Positions 36,845 to 48,849 of a DNA stretch of 64,000 nt are shown here, piece after piece. Below the pieces are notes generated by a model. That model was not told the DNA's origin. It worked only from the letters and a program-made list of their open reading frames with translations, and made no database searches. The stretch's first letter is position 1. Each line of letters opens with the position of its first letter. The DNA is from Chiloscyllium plagiosum (Eukaryota), in NCBI RefSeq assembly GCF_004010195.1, contig NW_025215297.1, positions 19,147-83,146 of the forward strand. Reading direction: 5' to 3'. The position numbers and the translations under genes are program-made.

Positions 36845-37183
36845 CAATATGGCAGCACTCAGTAATAACGTGAAATATGATGATAAATTTAATAAAGGAA
36901 ATACTACACTTAAATATCAACATGGGAAATGCTACATCTCAATATTAACATACAGAACATTCTACCCTAATAATAACTATGCTTCAGTATCAGCAATAAT
37001 TTGCCTTAATCCTAACAAAGAGAACATTGCGCTCCAATATTAATGCAAGTAATGTTACAGTCCAATATGAACAAGTTTTATTATTCTGTTTAAATATTAG
37101 AGAATATTACACCCATTATAAAGACAGGAAACATTACACCACAATAATAACACAGTGAACATTGCACTCCAATATTAACATGG
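36845..37183. repeat. Degenerate AT-rich minisatellite, period about 28 bp
   Basis: Units such as ggaaatactacacttaaatatcaacatg / ggaaatgctacatctcaatattaacata / gaacattgcactccaatattaacatg. Confidence 0.65.
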
Positions 37184-38251
37184 GTGCACAGGCAGTGGGG
37201 AGTCAGAAAGTAAGGTACTTGCTGCCGTATTCCTAGCATTTAACCTGCTCGTGTAGCCACTGTATTTATATGGTGAGTCCAGCTAAATTCCTGGTTAATG
37301 GTCACTCACAGGATGTTGATAGTGGGGGATTCAGTGATGGTAACACTGTTCAATGTCAAGGGACCATGGCTAGATTGTTTTTATTGGAGATGGTCATTGT
37401 CAGGCATTTATGTGGCACAAATGCAATTGTCACTTTTCAGACCAAGCCTGGACATTGCTGTATTTGAGCTGGACTGCTTCAGGAGTGGTGCAGAATGAGC
37501 AAAGATCCTTGCTTCTGACCTTATGATGGAAGGATAGCAATAACGTCATGGCTGCTCTCATCATGACCTCAACTACCCTTTCCTGCTTGTTCCCCAACCT
37601 CTGACTGCCTCATCTGTAGGATTATATATTGCAGAGGACATTCTAGGCTGGGTCATTAAATATAATCAAGGCTGAGATATATAGATGATTAATAAGTAAC
37701 GGAGTAAAGTTTATGGGGTCAAGATAAGAAAGCAGAATTGAGGATGATTAGATCAGCCATAATCTCACTTAATTAGAGAGAGAACTTATTGGCTGAATCG
37801 TTATTGTTTTTGTAAATCAAAATCTGTTTTTTTGTTTCTACATTTCCCTAAATAAGACATCTCGGCTTATATTTTCTGTAGGAGACATGAATTGGGATGG
37901 AACCTGAGTTGCCTTTCCATCTCCCACCCCTGTGCTTTAATTAGCCTCCAACCAATCCCCGACCAATCCTCCACCTCCCATTCTGACCCATCCCCATCCC
38001 AACAACATATCCACTTTACATAATATGAATTCACAAGTTTATCATAAAAACTGGACTACATCCAAGCGCACGTAAATCCCCCAAAATAAACAATTTGATC
38101 TCATAATTGCTCATCTCAACAGATGTCCAAAGTGAAACCGTGAAAGCTGTTGAAAGCACTTAAAAAGTTACATACCTTTTAAAATGTTTGTTAAAATTGG
38201 GCCCTAAGGTATATAGTTTATTGTTACAAATGCAAATAAGGTACGAACACA

Positions 38252-38940
38252 TTGAAAATAGAGTCGCAGGTAGATAAGTAAGTGAAGGAGGCGTATGGTA
38301 TGCTTTTCTTTATTGGTCAGAGTATTGAGTACAGGAGTTGCGAGGTCATGTTGCGGCTGTACAGGACATTGGTTAGGCCACTGTTGGAATATTGTGTGCA
38401 ATTCTGGTCTCCTTCCTATCGGAAGGATGTTGTGAAACTTGAAAGAGTTGAGAATAAATTCACAAGAGTGATGACAGGGTTGGAGGACTTGAGCTATAGG
38501 GAGAGGTTGAATAGACTAGGGCTGTTTTCCCTGGAGCGTCGGAGGCTGAGGGGTGACCTTATTGAGGTTTATAAAATCATGAGGGGCATGGATAGGGTAA
38601 ACAGACAAAGTCTTTTCCCTGGCGTGGGGGAGTCCAGAACTACAGGGCATAGGTTTAGAGTGAGAGGGGAAAGATATAAAAGAGCAACTAAGGAGCAACC
38701 TTTTCATGCAGAGAGTGGAGTGTGTATGGAATGAGCTGCCAGAGGATGTGGTGGAGGCTGGTACAATTACAGCATTGAAGAGGCATTTGGATGGGTATAT
38801 GAATAGGAAGGGTTTGGAGGGATATCGGCCGGATGCTGGCAGGTGGGACTAGATTGTGTTGGGATATCTGGTCGGCATGGACGGGTTGGACCGAAAGGTC
38901 TGTTTCCGTACTGTACATCTCTATGACTCTATGACTCTAT
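38252..38940 (+). mobile_element. CR1 LINE 3' end
   Basis: LYRTLVRPLLEYCVQFWSP..LERRRLRGDLIEVYKIM; (ctatgact)n tail ending at 38940. Confidence 0.93.
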
Positions 38941-38945
38941 TACAG

Positions 38946-39067
38946 GAAATGTGATTTATGCCAGAATGACAGTAAAAACAGAGAACAGGAATTCTCTATT
39001 GAACTGGCAAACAGATCATCGGAAACTTTCATGAACTTTGAAAAGTACACAAACTTTTAAGGAACAG
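38946..39067 (+). pseudogene. Mucin SEA-domain exon a, frameshifted: (G)NVIYARMTVKTENR/EFSIELANRSSETFMNFEK/TQTFKEQ
   Basis: Phase-1 acceptor tacag|; F..EL.N.SS..F..F..TF.EQ SEA pattern needs a -1 shift near 38989 and a +1 shift near 39046; expected donor reads CAG|attgga. Confidence 0.7.
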
Positions 39068-39189
39068 ATTGGAAACATTTAATATAGTTTTATTGAATGG
39101 CAATTATTAGAAATTGTTTTGAAAATATTATACGTTTTGACAAATGGAGGCATCTTGGTAAAGTCAAATTAGAATTGTTTTTCTCCTTA

Positions 39190-39494
39190 TGGATGGCACA
39201 GTGGCACAGTGGTTAGCACTGCTGCCTCACAGCGCCAGAGACCCGGGTTCAATTCCCGACTCAGGCGACTGACTGTGTGGAGTTTGCACATTCTCCCCGT
39301 GTCTGCGTGGGTTTCCTCCAGGTGCTCCGGTTTCCTCCCACAGTCCAAAGATGTGCAGGTCAGGTGAATTGGCCATGCTAAATTGCCCGTAGTGTTAGGT
39401 TGTAGGGGTATGGGTGGGTTGCGCTTCGGCGGGTCGGTGTGGACTTGTTGGGCCGAAGGGCCTGTTTCCACACTGTAAGTAATCTAATCTAATC
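39190..39494 (+). mobile_element. HE1-type tRNA-derived V-SINE, full length
   Basis: A-box gtggcacagtggttag, B-box ggttcaattcc, V-domain gtgtggagtttgcacattctccccgtgtctgcgtgggtttcctcc, (taatc)n tail. Confidence 0.92.
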
Positions 39495-39797
39495 AGATAT
39501 TTCCAGACATATTGGAACCTCTGCCTTTACGAACCCACTTAAAAAAAATGAAGTTCAAAATGTCAGCATCATCATACATGTGACTTATTATGATCCCTGT
39601 AGCCACTGATAACTTCTAAAATGGACACATGCTTTGGCCTATCTCGGTAAAGGGAAAAAGTAAATAGGAAAAAGTAGCAAATCAAACAATACCTCACTGT
39701 ATCAGACAGAAGAGGAGATTAGATTACTTACAGTGTGGAAACAGGCCCTTCGGCCCAACAAGTCCACACCGACCCGCCGGGTCTATTGAACTTTTTT

Positions 39798-40279
39798 TGT
39801 AAAACACTTGTACAACGAAAGGGGAGCAGCAGTTCTCCCAGTTCAGGGTTTTTTTCTGGTTTCAGCAAGGAGTCTGTGTGAAGCAGCTGGGCAAAGAAAG
39901 TGGCTAGGGAAAAAGGAGTCCCTGATTCAACAGAGGTTTTCTGTCTGACTCTCTCTGTCGTCTCTCTCTCTCTCTCTCCTGTAAGAGCCTGTGTTTGAAT
40001 TTACCTTTTTGCCAAGGGGATGTTGCAGGAAATCAGAACAACTCTTTGTTAACTTGCGTTTTCGTGTCTGCTGGGTTTTCAAACTATAATGTTAATTTAA
40101 ACTCGGTTTTCTTTTGTTTGTGTGTAAATAAATTCTGTTTTGTTTAAAACTGTGTGATTTGACCAGCTGCATCACTCCTGGAATATCCACCTTACACCTG
40201 CTTAAAACAACTAGAAACATTAGGGTCTATTCTACCTTCTTGAAATGTTTGGGGGATGCATCTGGCCTGGCCCATAACA
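39798..40279 (+). mobile_element. Solo Gypsy-type LTR
   Basis: Shares ttttgccaaggg..tgttgc, tttgaccag, ccataaca 3' end with the LTR at 20308-20942; 5' boundary approximate. Confidence 0.65.
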
Positions 40280-40511
40280 CATGTTAAACAGAGGTCATTC
40301 CCTTTTCTTTTCCCCCATTTAGAACATCACGTCTGTCCCTTCTCTCTAAAAGACTTGTCTCTCAAATCCCATTCTTCATCCTTTTCTACATAAACAGCAT
40401 ACCTGAGTACTCTGTGTCGAACTGTTACTGTTCCCTCCGCCTGTCTTTATCTGCTGTCTCACACACCTATGCAGGAGTATGTTTATCTACCAATTGCTTT
40501 ATGTCTTTCAG

Positions 40512-40570
40512 ATGCAATTTGTTTATGGACATATTCAAAGATATCAAACAGTCGAGATCACAATCACAAG
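40512..40570 (+). pseudogene. Mucin SEA exon b (59 nt) MQFVYGHIQRYQTVEITIT(S)
   Basis: ctttcag| acceptor, AG|gtagca donor, phase 0-2; M..VY..I..Y..V.IT pattern. Confidence 0.8.
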
Positions 40571-40944
40571 GTAGCAATTTCGGAACACAAGTCTAAGTTC
40601 TGATAAATTTATATTATGTGTGATAAAAACAATATAGGCCAATCATGTTCATTGAAATCTGTGCAGATATGCAAACAAGTGCTCTGTGATGGATGATGAT
40701 GGTTTAAAGCTTCAGTTGGAGGAGGACAACATTGAGAGGAAGTAATGGCGAAGTAACTGGAATCATCCCAATATTTGCCCTCGGGATTTGCCTATTTATA
40801 TCAGTTCTTCAAGAGCTGAATGCACAGGGCAGATGAAATTCAGCTCCATTGATTATATCTGTTGGATCTTGCTCCAGTGTCACAAAACAGTAACTAGCAT
40901 TAAACATAATTTTTGTTTTTTCTCCTCTTCCCTCATGTTTTTAG

Positions 40945-41072
40945 CCAGGGCGGCATTGTTACTGATCACAAAGCTATTTTCAACAATAAAGCAGAGAGAT
41001 TCGATGAGAGCATGATAAAGGAAACAATAAAAGATATCAAAGAAAGCTTACAATCCAGGAATTGTATCAACA
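40945..41072 (+). pseudogene. Mucin SEA exon c QGGIVTDHKAIFNNKAERFDESMIKETIKDIKESLQSRNCIN
   Basis: Long pyrimidine tract + tag|, phase 2 matches exon b; GGIV at the GSIV/GSVV position; donor A|gtaatg tentative. Confidence 0.75.
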
Positions 41073-42234
41073 GTAATGATTCACCGAAGAAAATAATTTT
41101 GCTCTCAATTACACTCAGCAGTAAAGTCGCACAGCCACACGAACACCTCATCTTAAATGTCTTTGTGCGGCGTGTCATTGTGTTGGGCACTGATTTAAAG
41201 CCATTCTTCCTCCTAAACAGCAGTGATTGCTCATGAAAATCTCCAACCAGACCCTATGCTACACTAACACTGTTTTAGCCACATGTAGAAGTTGACCTTT
41301 AAAACCTGCAAACATATCTCCAGAAATGAAGAGTCAACTCATATGCCAAGTATAAAAGTGAAGAAGTGGTGGTTGTCATGTTTACCAATCACCTTAGGGG
41401 GTCAGCTATGTGCAGGGTACGTCTTAAACTCCTGCATATTATTGCAGCACAGCCTGTATTGTCTGCCTACACCCTGATCCCTTACACCCAGTTAGAAAGT
41501 ACAGGTCAATAAAACATTCATCTGTGGAGAGAAAAATTGAGGCTCCAAATGTCAGAATAGCATCTTGGGGCTGGAAAAGTGGGTGGGAGGGGTCAAGGTA
41601 TATGCAAAAACAGGAATTTTGGGACCATGAAAATGAAGTCGTCATATATGCCGGGTTGATGTATACTGTAATTTTGATGGGAAATAACTCCTTGTCACAC
41701 AAGCAATGTTGATTGTTGACTGTCTGTTTCAGGCAGAGCACTGTCACCTCCTTCTCAGAAGGTTGTGGGTTAAAGTCTCACTCCAGTTTATAATCCACGC
41801 TGAGATATGAGCCTACTGACATGCCGGCGAGATGAAGATAGGGTGGCAGGATCCCCATCACTGAAGGGGCTCAGTGAATCAGTTTGGTTTTATTACTCAC
41901 CAGCTCACATTGATTCAATGTGTGGTTAGATTTCAAACTTAGAATCTGTGGGTTTCTAAACCCGTTCCACAATCACTGCACTTGACAAACTGCTCTCATT
42001 TATCAGGGGTTTGCTTTTGCCAACCCATTTGCTTTCTTTGAAATATCCTCGGCATCATTTTCATCTCCACTGACTGTCTGATACTCTGGTGGGAGGGGCT
42101 CATAGGCCTGTTGATTTCACGGGGTCAGCAATCACCTCCGGTAAAGCTAAAAATAATGACAAGAAATCTTTGTTGTGTTAATAGTGCCAACCTGAATGTG
42201 TATTAATGGGCGTTTCTGGCAAAACTAGCACTTA

Positions 42235-42889
42235 AAGTTTGTGAAAAGATTTGTAGCTTGGGTGCTCATTGCTGTGGTTCTGTTCGCCGAGCTGGAAGTT
42301 TTTATTGCAAACGTTTCGTCCCCTGTCTAGGNNNNNNNGGGTCCTAGTGGTCGCAGTAGTCTGGCTGTCATTTCAGATATGTTCTTGATGTGTGGTAGTG
42401 TGGCTAGTCCTTTGGGTTGTGGCATGTCATCGTTCTGTGGTCTATCCGTTAGGCATCTGTTGATGAAATTGCGCGGGTATCCGTTTTTGGCGAATACCTT
42501 GTACAGGTGTTCCTCTTCCTCTTTTTTCAGTTCTGGTGTGCTGCAGTGTGTTGTGGCCCTTTTGAATAGTGTCTTGATGCAACTTCGTTTGTGTGTATTG
42601 GGGTGGTTGCTTTCATAGTTCAGGACTTGGTCTGTGTGTGTGGCTTTCCTGTGTACCTTTGTGGTGAATTCTCCGTTTGGTGTTCTCTGTACCCTCAAGT
42701 CTAGGAATGGGAGTTGGTTGTCCTTTTCTTCCTCTCTCGTGAATCTGATTCCTGTGAGTGTGGAGTTGATGATCCGGTGTGTATTCTCTATTTCCGTGTT
42801 TTTAATGATTACAAAGGTCATTAGACCTTTGTAGACAGGGGACGAAACGTTTGCAACAAAAACTTCCAGCTCGGCGAACAGAACCACAG
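42235..42889 (-). mobile_element. Penelope-like element fragment (family A) with inverted terminal pieces and 13-bp TSD
   Basis: FTREEEKDNQLPFLD..NGYP; TSD aaactagcactta at 42222-42234 and 42890-42902. Confidence 0.9.
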
Positions 42890-43227
42890 AAACTAGCACT
42901 TAGTCTCTAACCCTATTTATGCTGAGTAGGTGGTGATACAAATGAAGGGATTGTTTGTCCATTTCAATGGGCATTTATTACCACATAGGTGTGGGTCAGG
43001 GGTGACATGTAGGCTGTACAGGTCTGGGTGACAGGATTCCTTCTCTCAACAGTAAACCTGTTGGAGCAACATAATCACTGCACATTGTTTTGTTCAATTT
43101 CAGAATACAATCTCAATGTTTTATTCATGATGCACTCCTGATGTATACAATTATTAATTCAAAGATTATTGAAAGCTTCTCCTGTGTATATCCTTTTAAC
43201 TGTGAATTCATTCACATTTCAGAGCAG

Positions 43228-43290
43228 TGTTCAGGAATTCAGTTGCGCCAAATTACAAAAATGTATCATACACAGATCAAGATGTGACTG
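43228..43290 (+). pseudogene. Probable mucin linker exon (63 nt) FRNSVAPNYKNVSYTDQDVT
   Basis: gagcag| acceptor (alternative at 43223), strong G|gtgagt donor; phase 1-1 fits neighbouring exons. Confidence 0.55.
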
Positions 43291-43835
43291 GTGAGTTTTA
43301 CATTCTTTAAGTTTATAAACATAGCAACAAATTAAGAGCCTAAGGCTTCATATAATGATTTTGGAAACACATAAAATACTTTACATACTGCATCTTAATT
43401 GTTGACCATCTGGTTGCAACCATTCCAATACCAGCCTATAATCATTGGTTCTGCAATTATTCATTCTACAACTATTGACATGGTATGAATTAGTTCCTTA
43501 TTTTGCCAGGGAGAAATGTATCATTGCATAGTTCATTCGGCTCAGTGAATCCGTCAAATTAGTAGAGAATGGCAGGAGGTAATGCACTCTCTAATGTTTC
43601 CATATTGAGCACAGCTTATTTAGTTCGTTGCACATGTGTACAGGATAGTGGTGTGGGAGCCTATACATGCACCATAAAGGGACCATCGACTGTGTTTGGA
43701 GCTGATTATTGTGTCCTGTCATACAGTTAAATTACTGCAGGGTCACATAGCCTTGCATCTCTGAGAAAACATTTATGGAATGTGAGAGATACATTGCCAA
43801 AGTTGTGATTTTGTTATCCATTAACTGTTCAACAA

Positions 43836-43984
43836 TTGATTGCTTCACATATGTCGAGGACAATTTCAAGGACTATTTTACAGCTGTAAACACACCTTCG
43901 GGCTGAGTGTATCAAGGACCATAAAAATCACTTACAGCGTCAATATGGGAAAGGTGAGCTCACAGCAAAAGGCACCAAATGCTT
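43836..43984 (+). pseudogene. Mucin EGF2 exon, disrupted: DCFTYVEDNFKDYFTAVNTPSG/ECIKDHKNHLQRQYGKGELTAKGTKCL
   Basis: DC......DYF......CI...C..GKC.....G..CL pattern; frameshift/TGA at 43904; CGT 43938 and GGT 43953 at expected TGT positions; acceptor reads aacaa; TT|gtaaga donor. Confidence 0.75.
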
Positions 43985-44324
43985 GTAAGATTCAATTGAT
44001 ATTCTTTTGTTTAATTAATTATGGTTAACCTAGTGAGGTCCAGGGCTGGTGAACCTGCAGAATTGGCTTGCCGTCTCAATAGTTAAGGATTAATCTCCTG
44101 GGCAGGGCTGCAATCAAACCAGCAATAAAAAAATCACTTTGAAATTACAAAGAACCGTACACTTTCTGTTAGTTTTATTGGATGCTAATAACTAGTAACA
44201 CTATTGTTACTAGTTTTAAAAGTGCTGGGATACAGAAACATTGCTGTTTGGTTGGGAAGGTTTTACATTATGTAATGAAACTTCTCAGACTATGTCCAGC
44301 TAAGTTGGCAACTCCAATCAGGTC

Positions 44325-44398
44325 AGGCAGCATCCAAGGAGCAGGAGAATCGACGTTTCGGGCATGAGCCCTTCTTCAGCCCATCTGCAGTCCTCACG
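44325..44398 (-). mobile_element. Tiny family B pseudo-LTR insertion with 15-bp TSD
   Basis: aactccaatcaggtc at 44310-44324 and 44399-44413. Confidence 0.8.
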
Positions 44399-45059
44399 AA
44401 CTCCAATCAGGTCCAATCCTATATGGTAGGAGCACAAGTAATAGTATTTATCAGTGCCCGAGCCAAGGAGTGTGACTGTGAAATCCTTACCTGCAGTTTC
44501 TTTATGCAATGCTGTTAACTATTGATTTATGTTTGGTAATTACCTTGCATGACGTATCTGACTAATATGATGACTTTCTTGATAAAGACTGAAACTTAAA
44601 TAGGTCAGCACAGAAATCTCACTCTCTTCCAGAGATTGAATCTAGGAAAGACTTTAATTTTTATAATGAGAATGCCTTGGCACTATTGGCATTGGACAGC
44701 AAAGTACTGAAAGGGCAGGTGCATGATCCAAGTTGAATTGGAAATAAATAAAAAAAAACAAAAATCATACCCCATGAATCACCATACAGGTATCTCAGCT
44801 ATAACACTTCAATGAGGAGAGATCGAGGGGAATGGACCTAAACTCTCTGGCACGTCTATTGTGACAAGGAATGTTCCTGATTCGACTGGTCTGTGGGTGC
44901 TGAGTTTCTGTCAGAAATCTGCAGTGTCACGAAGTGGTGGGTCCCCATTATAACGGACTTCAAGAAGCCTTCGACATAGCCAGAGAGGTTCTCACACATG
45001 GTCCCATTGCCTGATGTGATGGGACACCCTGGTGTATTTAGTTTGAGTATCTATGGAAA

Positions 45060-46600
45060 GGAAGTAGAAGTCACCTACGCGGGCAGTATGTGGGATGAGG
45101 GCGCATAGGACTGAATCAAAAGTCCTGATCAATAATTTTAGTTCATGGGTGTGCTCTTTGGTCGGATTGGCCGGTAGTTGCCTGTAGTGTTCCTGGTTTG
45201 TTCAGTTGTTGGTATATTTCCTTGCAGTAATCTGTTCCATTCTGAATGACAATGGCTGCTCCTTTATCTGCTGGTTTGATGACAATGTTTTGAGAGCATG
45301 GATGGCGCTGCGTTGTAATCAGGTGATGCTTTCCTCCACCTTGTGGGTGTGGCTGATTAATCTGGCATTCACATATTTCTTCGAGAGAAAGTGAGGGCTG
45401 CAGATGCTGGAGATCAGAGCTGAAAAATGTGTTGCTGGAAAAGCGCAGCAGGTCAGGCAGCATCCAAGGAACAGGAGAATCGACGTTTCGGGCATTAGCC
45501 CTTCTTCACATATTTCTTGACAGTTTGAGCATACATGTCAAGCCCAGGACAGTGGCCTTCTGGTGGGGTCCAAGTCGGCCCCTTCTGTGGTTGCTCTTCT
45601 GTGGATCCCTGTGATGATTGTTCTGGTTTATTGGTAGAGTCACTGGGATCACTGCTGGCACCTTGACAGAATTCCTGGAGTCTAATCTATCTGATTAGTT
45701 CCTCTGTGTCTGCTGCTCAGCTCATGGGGTCCATTTTAGTGTTGGGGCAGAAACTGAACCCCCTGCACAGATAGCCTCACAATGCTACACTTATCTAGTT
45801 TCCACCCGAAACATATTAAAACAGCCATCCCCTGCAGACAAGCCCTCCGCAAATACAGGATCTATTCAGATGAGGAGGAATGTGCCGGGCATTTGAAAGT
45901 GCTCAAGGATGCCCTCATAAGAACAGGGTACTCATTGACGCCCAGTTCTGATGTGTCACAGTGAGAAATTGTAATGACCTCCTCAGGAGACAGACATAGG
46001 CTGAGTACCCTTCATTGTCCGGTACTTCTGAGAGTTGAATGACTAGGCCATATTCTTCGTAGTTTAGATCAGAGTGGTGCTGGAAAAGCACAGCAGGTCA
46101 GGCAGCATCGGAGGAGAAGGAAAATCGATGTTTTGGGCAAAAGCCCTTCATCAGAATCTTTTGCCCGAAATGTTGATTTTCCTGCTCCTCGGATGCTGCC
46201 TGACCTGCTGTGCTTTTCCAGCACCACTCTGATCTAAACTCTGGTCTCCAGCATCCTCAGTCCTCACTTTTGCCATGTTCTTCGTAGCCTTCAACAAATT
46301 ATCGATGAGGATGAGCACCTCACCAAGACCTTGCCCGCGCCTCCACTTCTTGCCTTTAAACGACCACCAAACCTTAAACAGATCATGGTTCGTAGCAAAC
46401 CACCCAGACTTCAGGACAACGACACTGTACAACCCTGCCACGGCAACCGCTGCAAGATGTATCAAAGTATCGACATGGATAACACCATTATACATGGGGA
46501 CACCTTCCAGCAAGTACGCAGCAAGTACTCATGTGACTCAGCCAACATGCTCTATCTCATAGGCTGCAGGCAAGGCTGCCCACAGTCTGACATAGCATTG
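45060..46600. mobile_element. Cluster of degenerate family C Penelope ORF fragments (minus about 45060-45700; plus about 45760-46600) with nested family B pseudo-LTRs (45385-45510; palindrome 46065-46237)
   Basis: NIVIKPADKGAAIVI; PPLLAFKRPPNLK..PCHGNRCKMY..YLIGC. Confidence 0.75.
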
Positions 46601-46689
46601 GGACACAGACAGACTTCACACCTGTTGTGTTCAAAAGCTGAGCTATCTTGAAAATGTAATTTAAAGGAAGTTCTGGGTTTACATTTCCA

Positions 46690-48360
46690 TTTTCCTCATG
46701 ATTTTATAAACCTCTATAAGGTCATCCCTCAGCCTCCAACAGTCCAGGGAAAAAGGCCTGTTTGGCCTCTCCCTGTAGCTCAAACCCACTAACTTTCAAC
46801 TTTCACAACATTCCTCCAATAGGAGGGAAACCAGAATTGCACACACTATTCCAAAAGTGGTCTAACCAATGCCCTGAACAGCCGCAACATGACCTCCCAA
46901 CTCCTATTCCAATAAAGGAAAGTATACCAAAAACCTTCTTCACTATCCTATCTACCTGCGACTGCACTTTCAAGGAATTATGCATCTGCACTCCCAGGTC
47001 ACTTTGTTCAGCAACAATCCCCAGGATCTCACCATTAATTGTATAAGTACTGCCCTGATTTGCCTTTCCAAAATGCAGCACCTCACATTTATCTAAACTA
47101 AACTCCATCTGCCACTCCTCGGCCCATTGGCCCATCTGATCCAGATCCCATTGTACCTTGAGGTAACCTTCTTTGCTGTCCACGACATCTCCAATTCTGG
47201 TGTCATCTGCAAACTTGCTAACTGTACCTCCTAAGTCCACATCCAAATCATTTATATAAATGACAAAGGCACCGATCCTTGAGGCACACCACTGGTCACA
47301 GGGCGACCAAAATTGAACGCAGTAACTGTCCGGTATAGATTAGATTAGATTCCCTACAGTATGGAAACAGGCCCTTCGGCCCAACAAGTCCACACTGACC
47401 CTCCGAAGAGCAACCCACCCAAACATTTACCCCTTACCTAACACTACGGGCAATTTAGCATGGCCAATTCACCTGACCTGCAGATCCTTGGACTGTGGGA
47501 GGAAACCGAAGCACCCGGAGGAAACCTACGTAGACACGGGGAGAACATGCAAACTCCACACAGTCAGTCGCCTGAGGCGGGATCTCGATGTACTCTGAGG
47601 TAACCTTCTTTGCTGTCCACTGCACTTCTAATTTTAGTGTCATCTGCAAACTCACTGATTATACCTCCGATGTTTGTGTCCAAATCATTTATATAACTGA
47701 TGAAATGTAGTGGACCCAGCACCAATCTTTGTGGCACACCACTGGTCACAGCCCTCTAATCTGAAAAGTAACCCTCTACCACCACTGTCTGTCTTCTACC
47801 TTCAAACCAGTTCCGTATCCAAATGGCTAGATCTCTCTGTTTTCCATGTAATCTCACTTGCTAACCAGTCTACCTTGTCAAACATTTTTTGAAGTCCATA
47901 TAGATCATGTCCACCACTCTGCCCTCATCAATCCTCTTTGCTACTTCTTCAAAATCTCAGTCAAGTTAGTGAGACATGGTTTCCCATGCACAAAGCCATG
48001 TTGATTACTCATTAATCAGTTCTTGCTTTTCCAAATACATGATAATCCTTTTTCTCAGGATTCCTTCCAAGGACTTGCCCATGACCTTTGTCAGGCTTAT
48101 CAGTTTATAGTTCCCTGGCTTTTCCTTACCACCTTTCTTAAATACTGGCACCACGTCAACCAACCTCCAATTTTCCAGCACCTCACCTGTGACTATCCAT
48201 TACACAAGCATCTCAGCAAGGGGCCCTGTAATCACTTCCTTAGCTTCCCACAGAATTCTAGGGTACATCTGATTTATTCACTTTCACGCACTTGAAGACA
48301 TCCAGCATGTCTTTCTCTGTAATATGAACATTTTTTAAGGTGTCGCCATTTATTTTCCAG
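46690..48360 (-). mobile_element. Two stacked CR1 RT fragments separated by an HE1 SINE (47336-47582, minus)
   Basis: SKFADDT..WQMEFSLDKCEVLHFG; TSGVPQRLVLGP..SEFADDTK. Confidence 0.85.
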
Positions 48361-48849
48361 GTCAAAATTCTACTGATAAAAAAAATTGAGTCAGAATATG
48401 TAATCTTTATGGCTTTGAACTGAACTTGATTAATGCATTAATATTCATCTTCGTCATTTCTCAAGTTATCAGCAACATAAACAAAAGGGACTTTGAATGA
48501 AATAAATTTACAAAGGTTGCAATAGTAATAAAATAAATAATTACATGTTAAAATGGCAATGTCAGGCAGATTGCATATTTTCAGCCTCCTTTGTAACTTG
48601 TTGGCTCTGATAACAGTATTACGCACAGTTTACAGATTGCTTCAAAACTGCTGGAAAAGCCATTGCCAGGAACAATATCACACAGTTCCAAGATGGCATT
48701 GGACCCTCATTCAGATAGAATTTTAAAGCAAGCTCATTGGGCTTTAAAATCATAGGGCTGAAAGTTCAAGCCCCAGTCCATAGATATTAAACTAAAGCCC
48801 CATTAGCACTCTCAAGTGATTACAAGTAATCACATGGCTCTATTTGGAG

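Noticed and set aside
39138..39195. TNGGILVKSN*NCFSPYG, loosely EGF-like
   Set aside because: Out of order relative to the mucin exons, contains a stop, lacks splice sites; the true EGF1 exon is at 27288
47160..47751. About 150-bp direct repeat flanking an HE1 SINE, resembling a giant TSD
   Set aside because: The copies are clearly diverged CR1 RT segments, consistent with two separate insertions
48585..48725. Plus-strand hydrophobic stretch LLCNLLALITVLRTVYRLL after an acceptor-like site, as a candidate mucin TM exon or SDR N-terminus
   Set aside because: Lacks the C..Y.G..C lead-in of the mucin TM exon and contains internal arginines; wrong strand for the nested HSD exons
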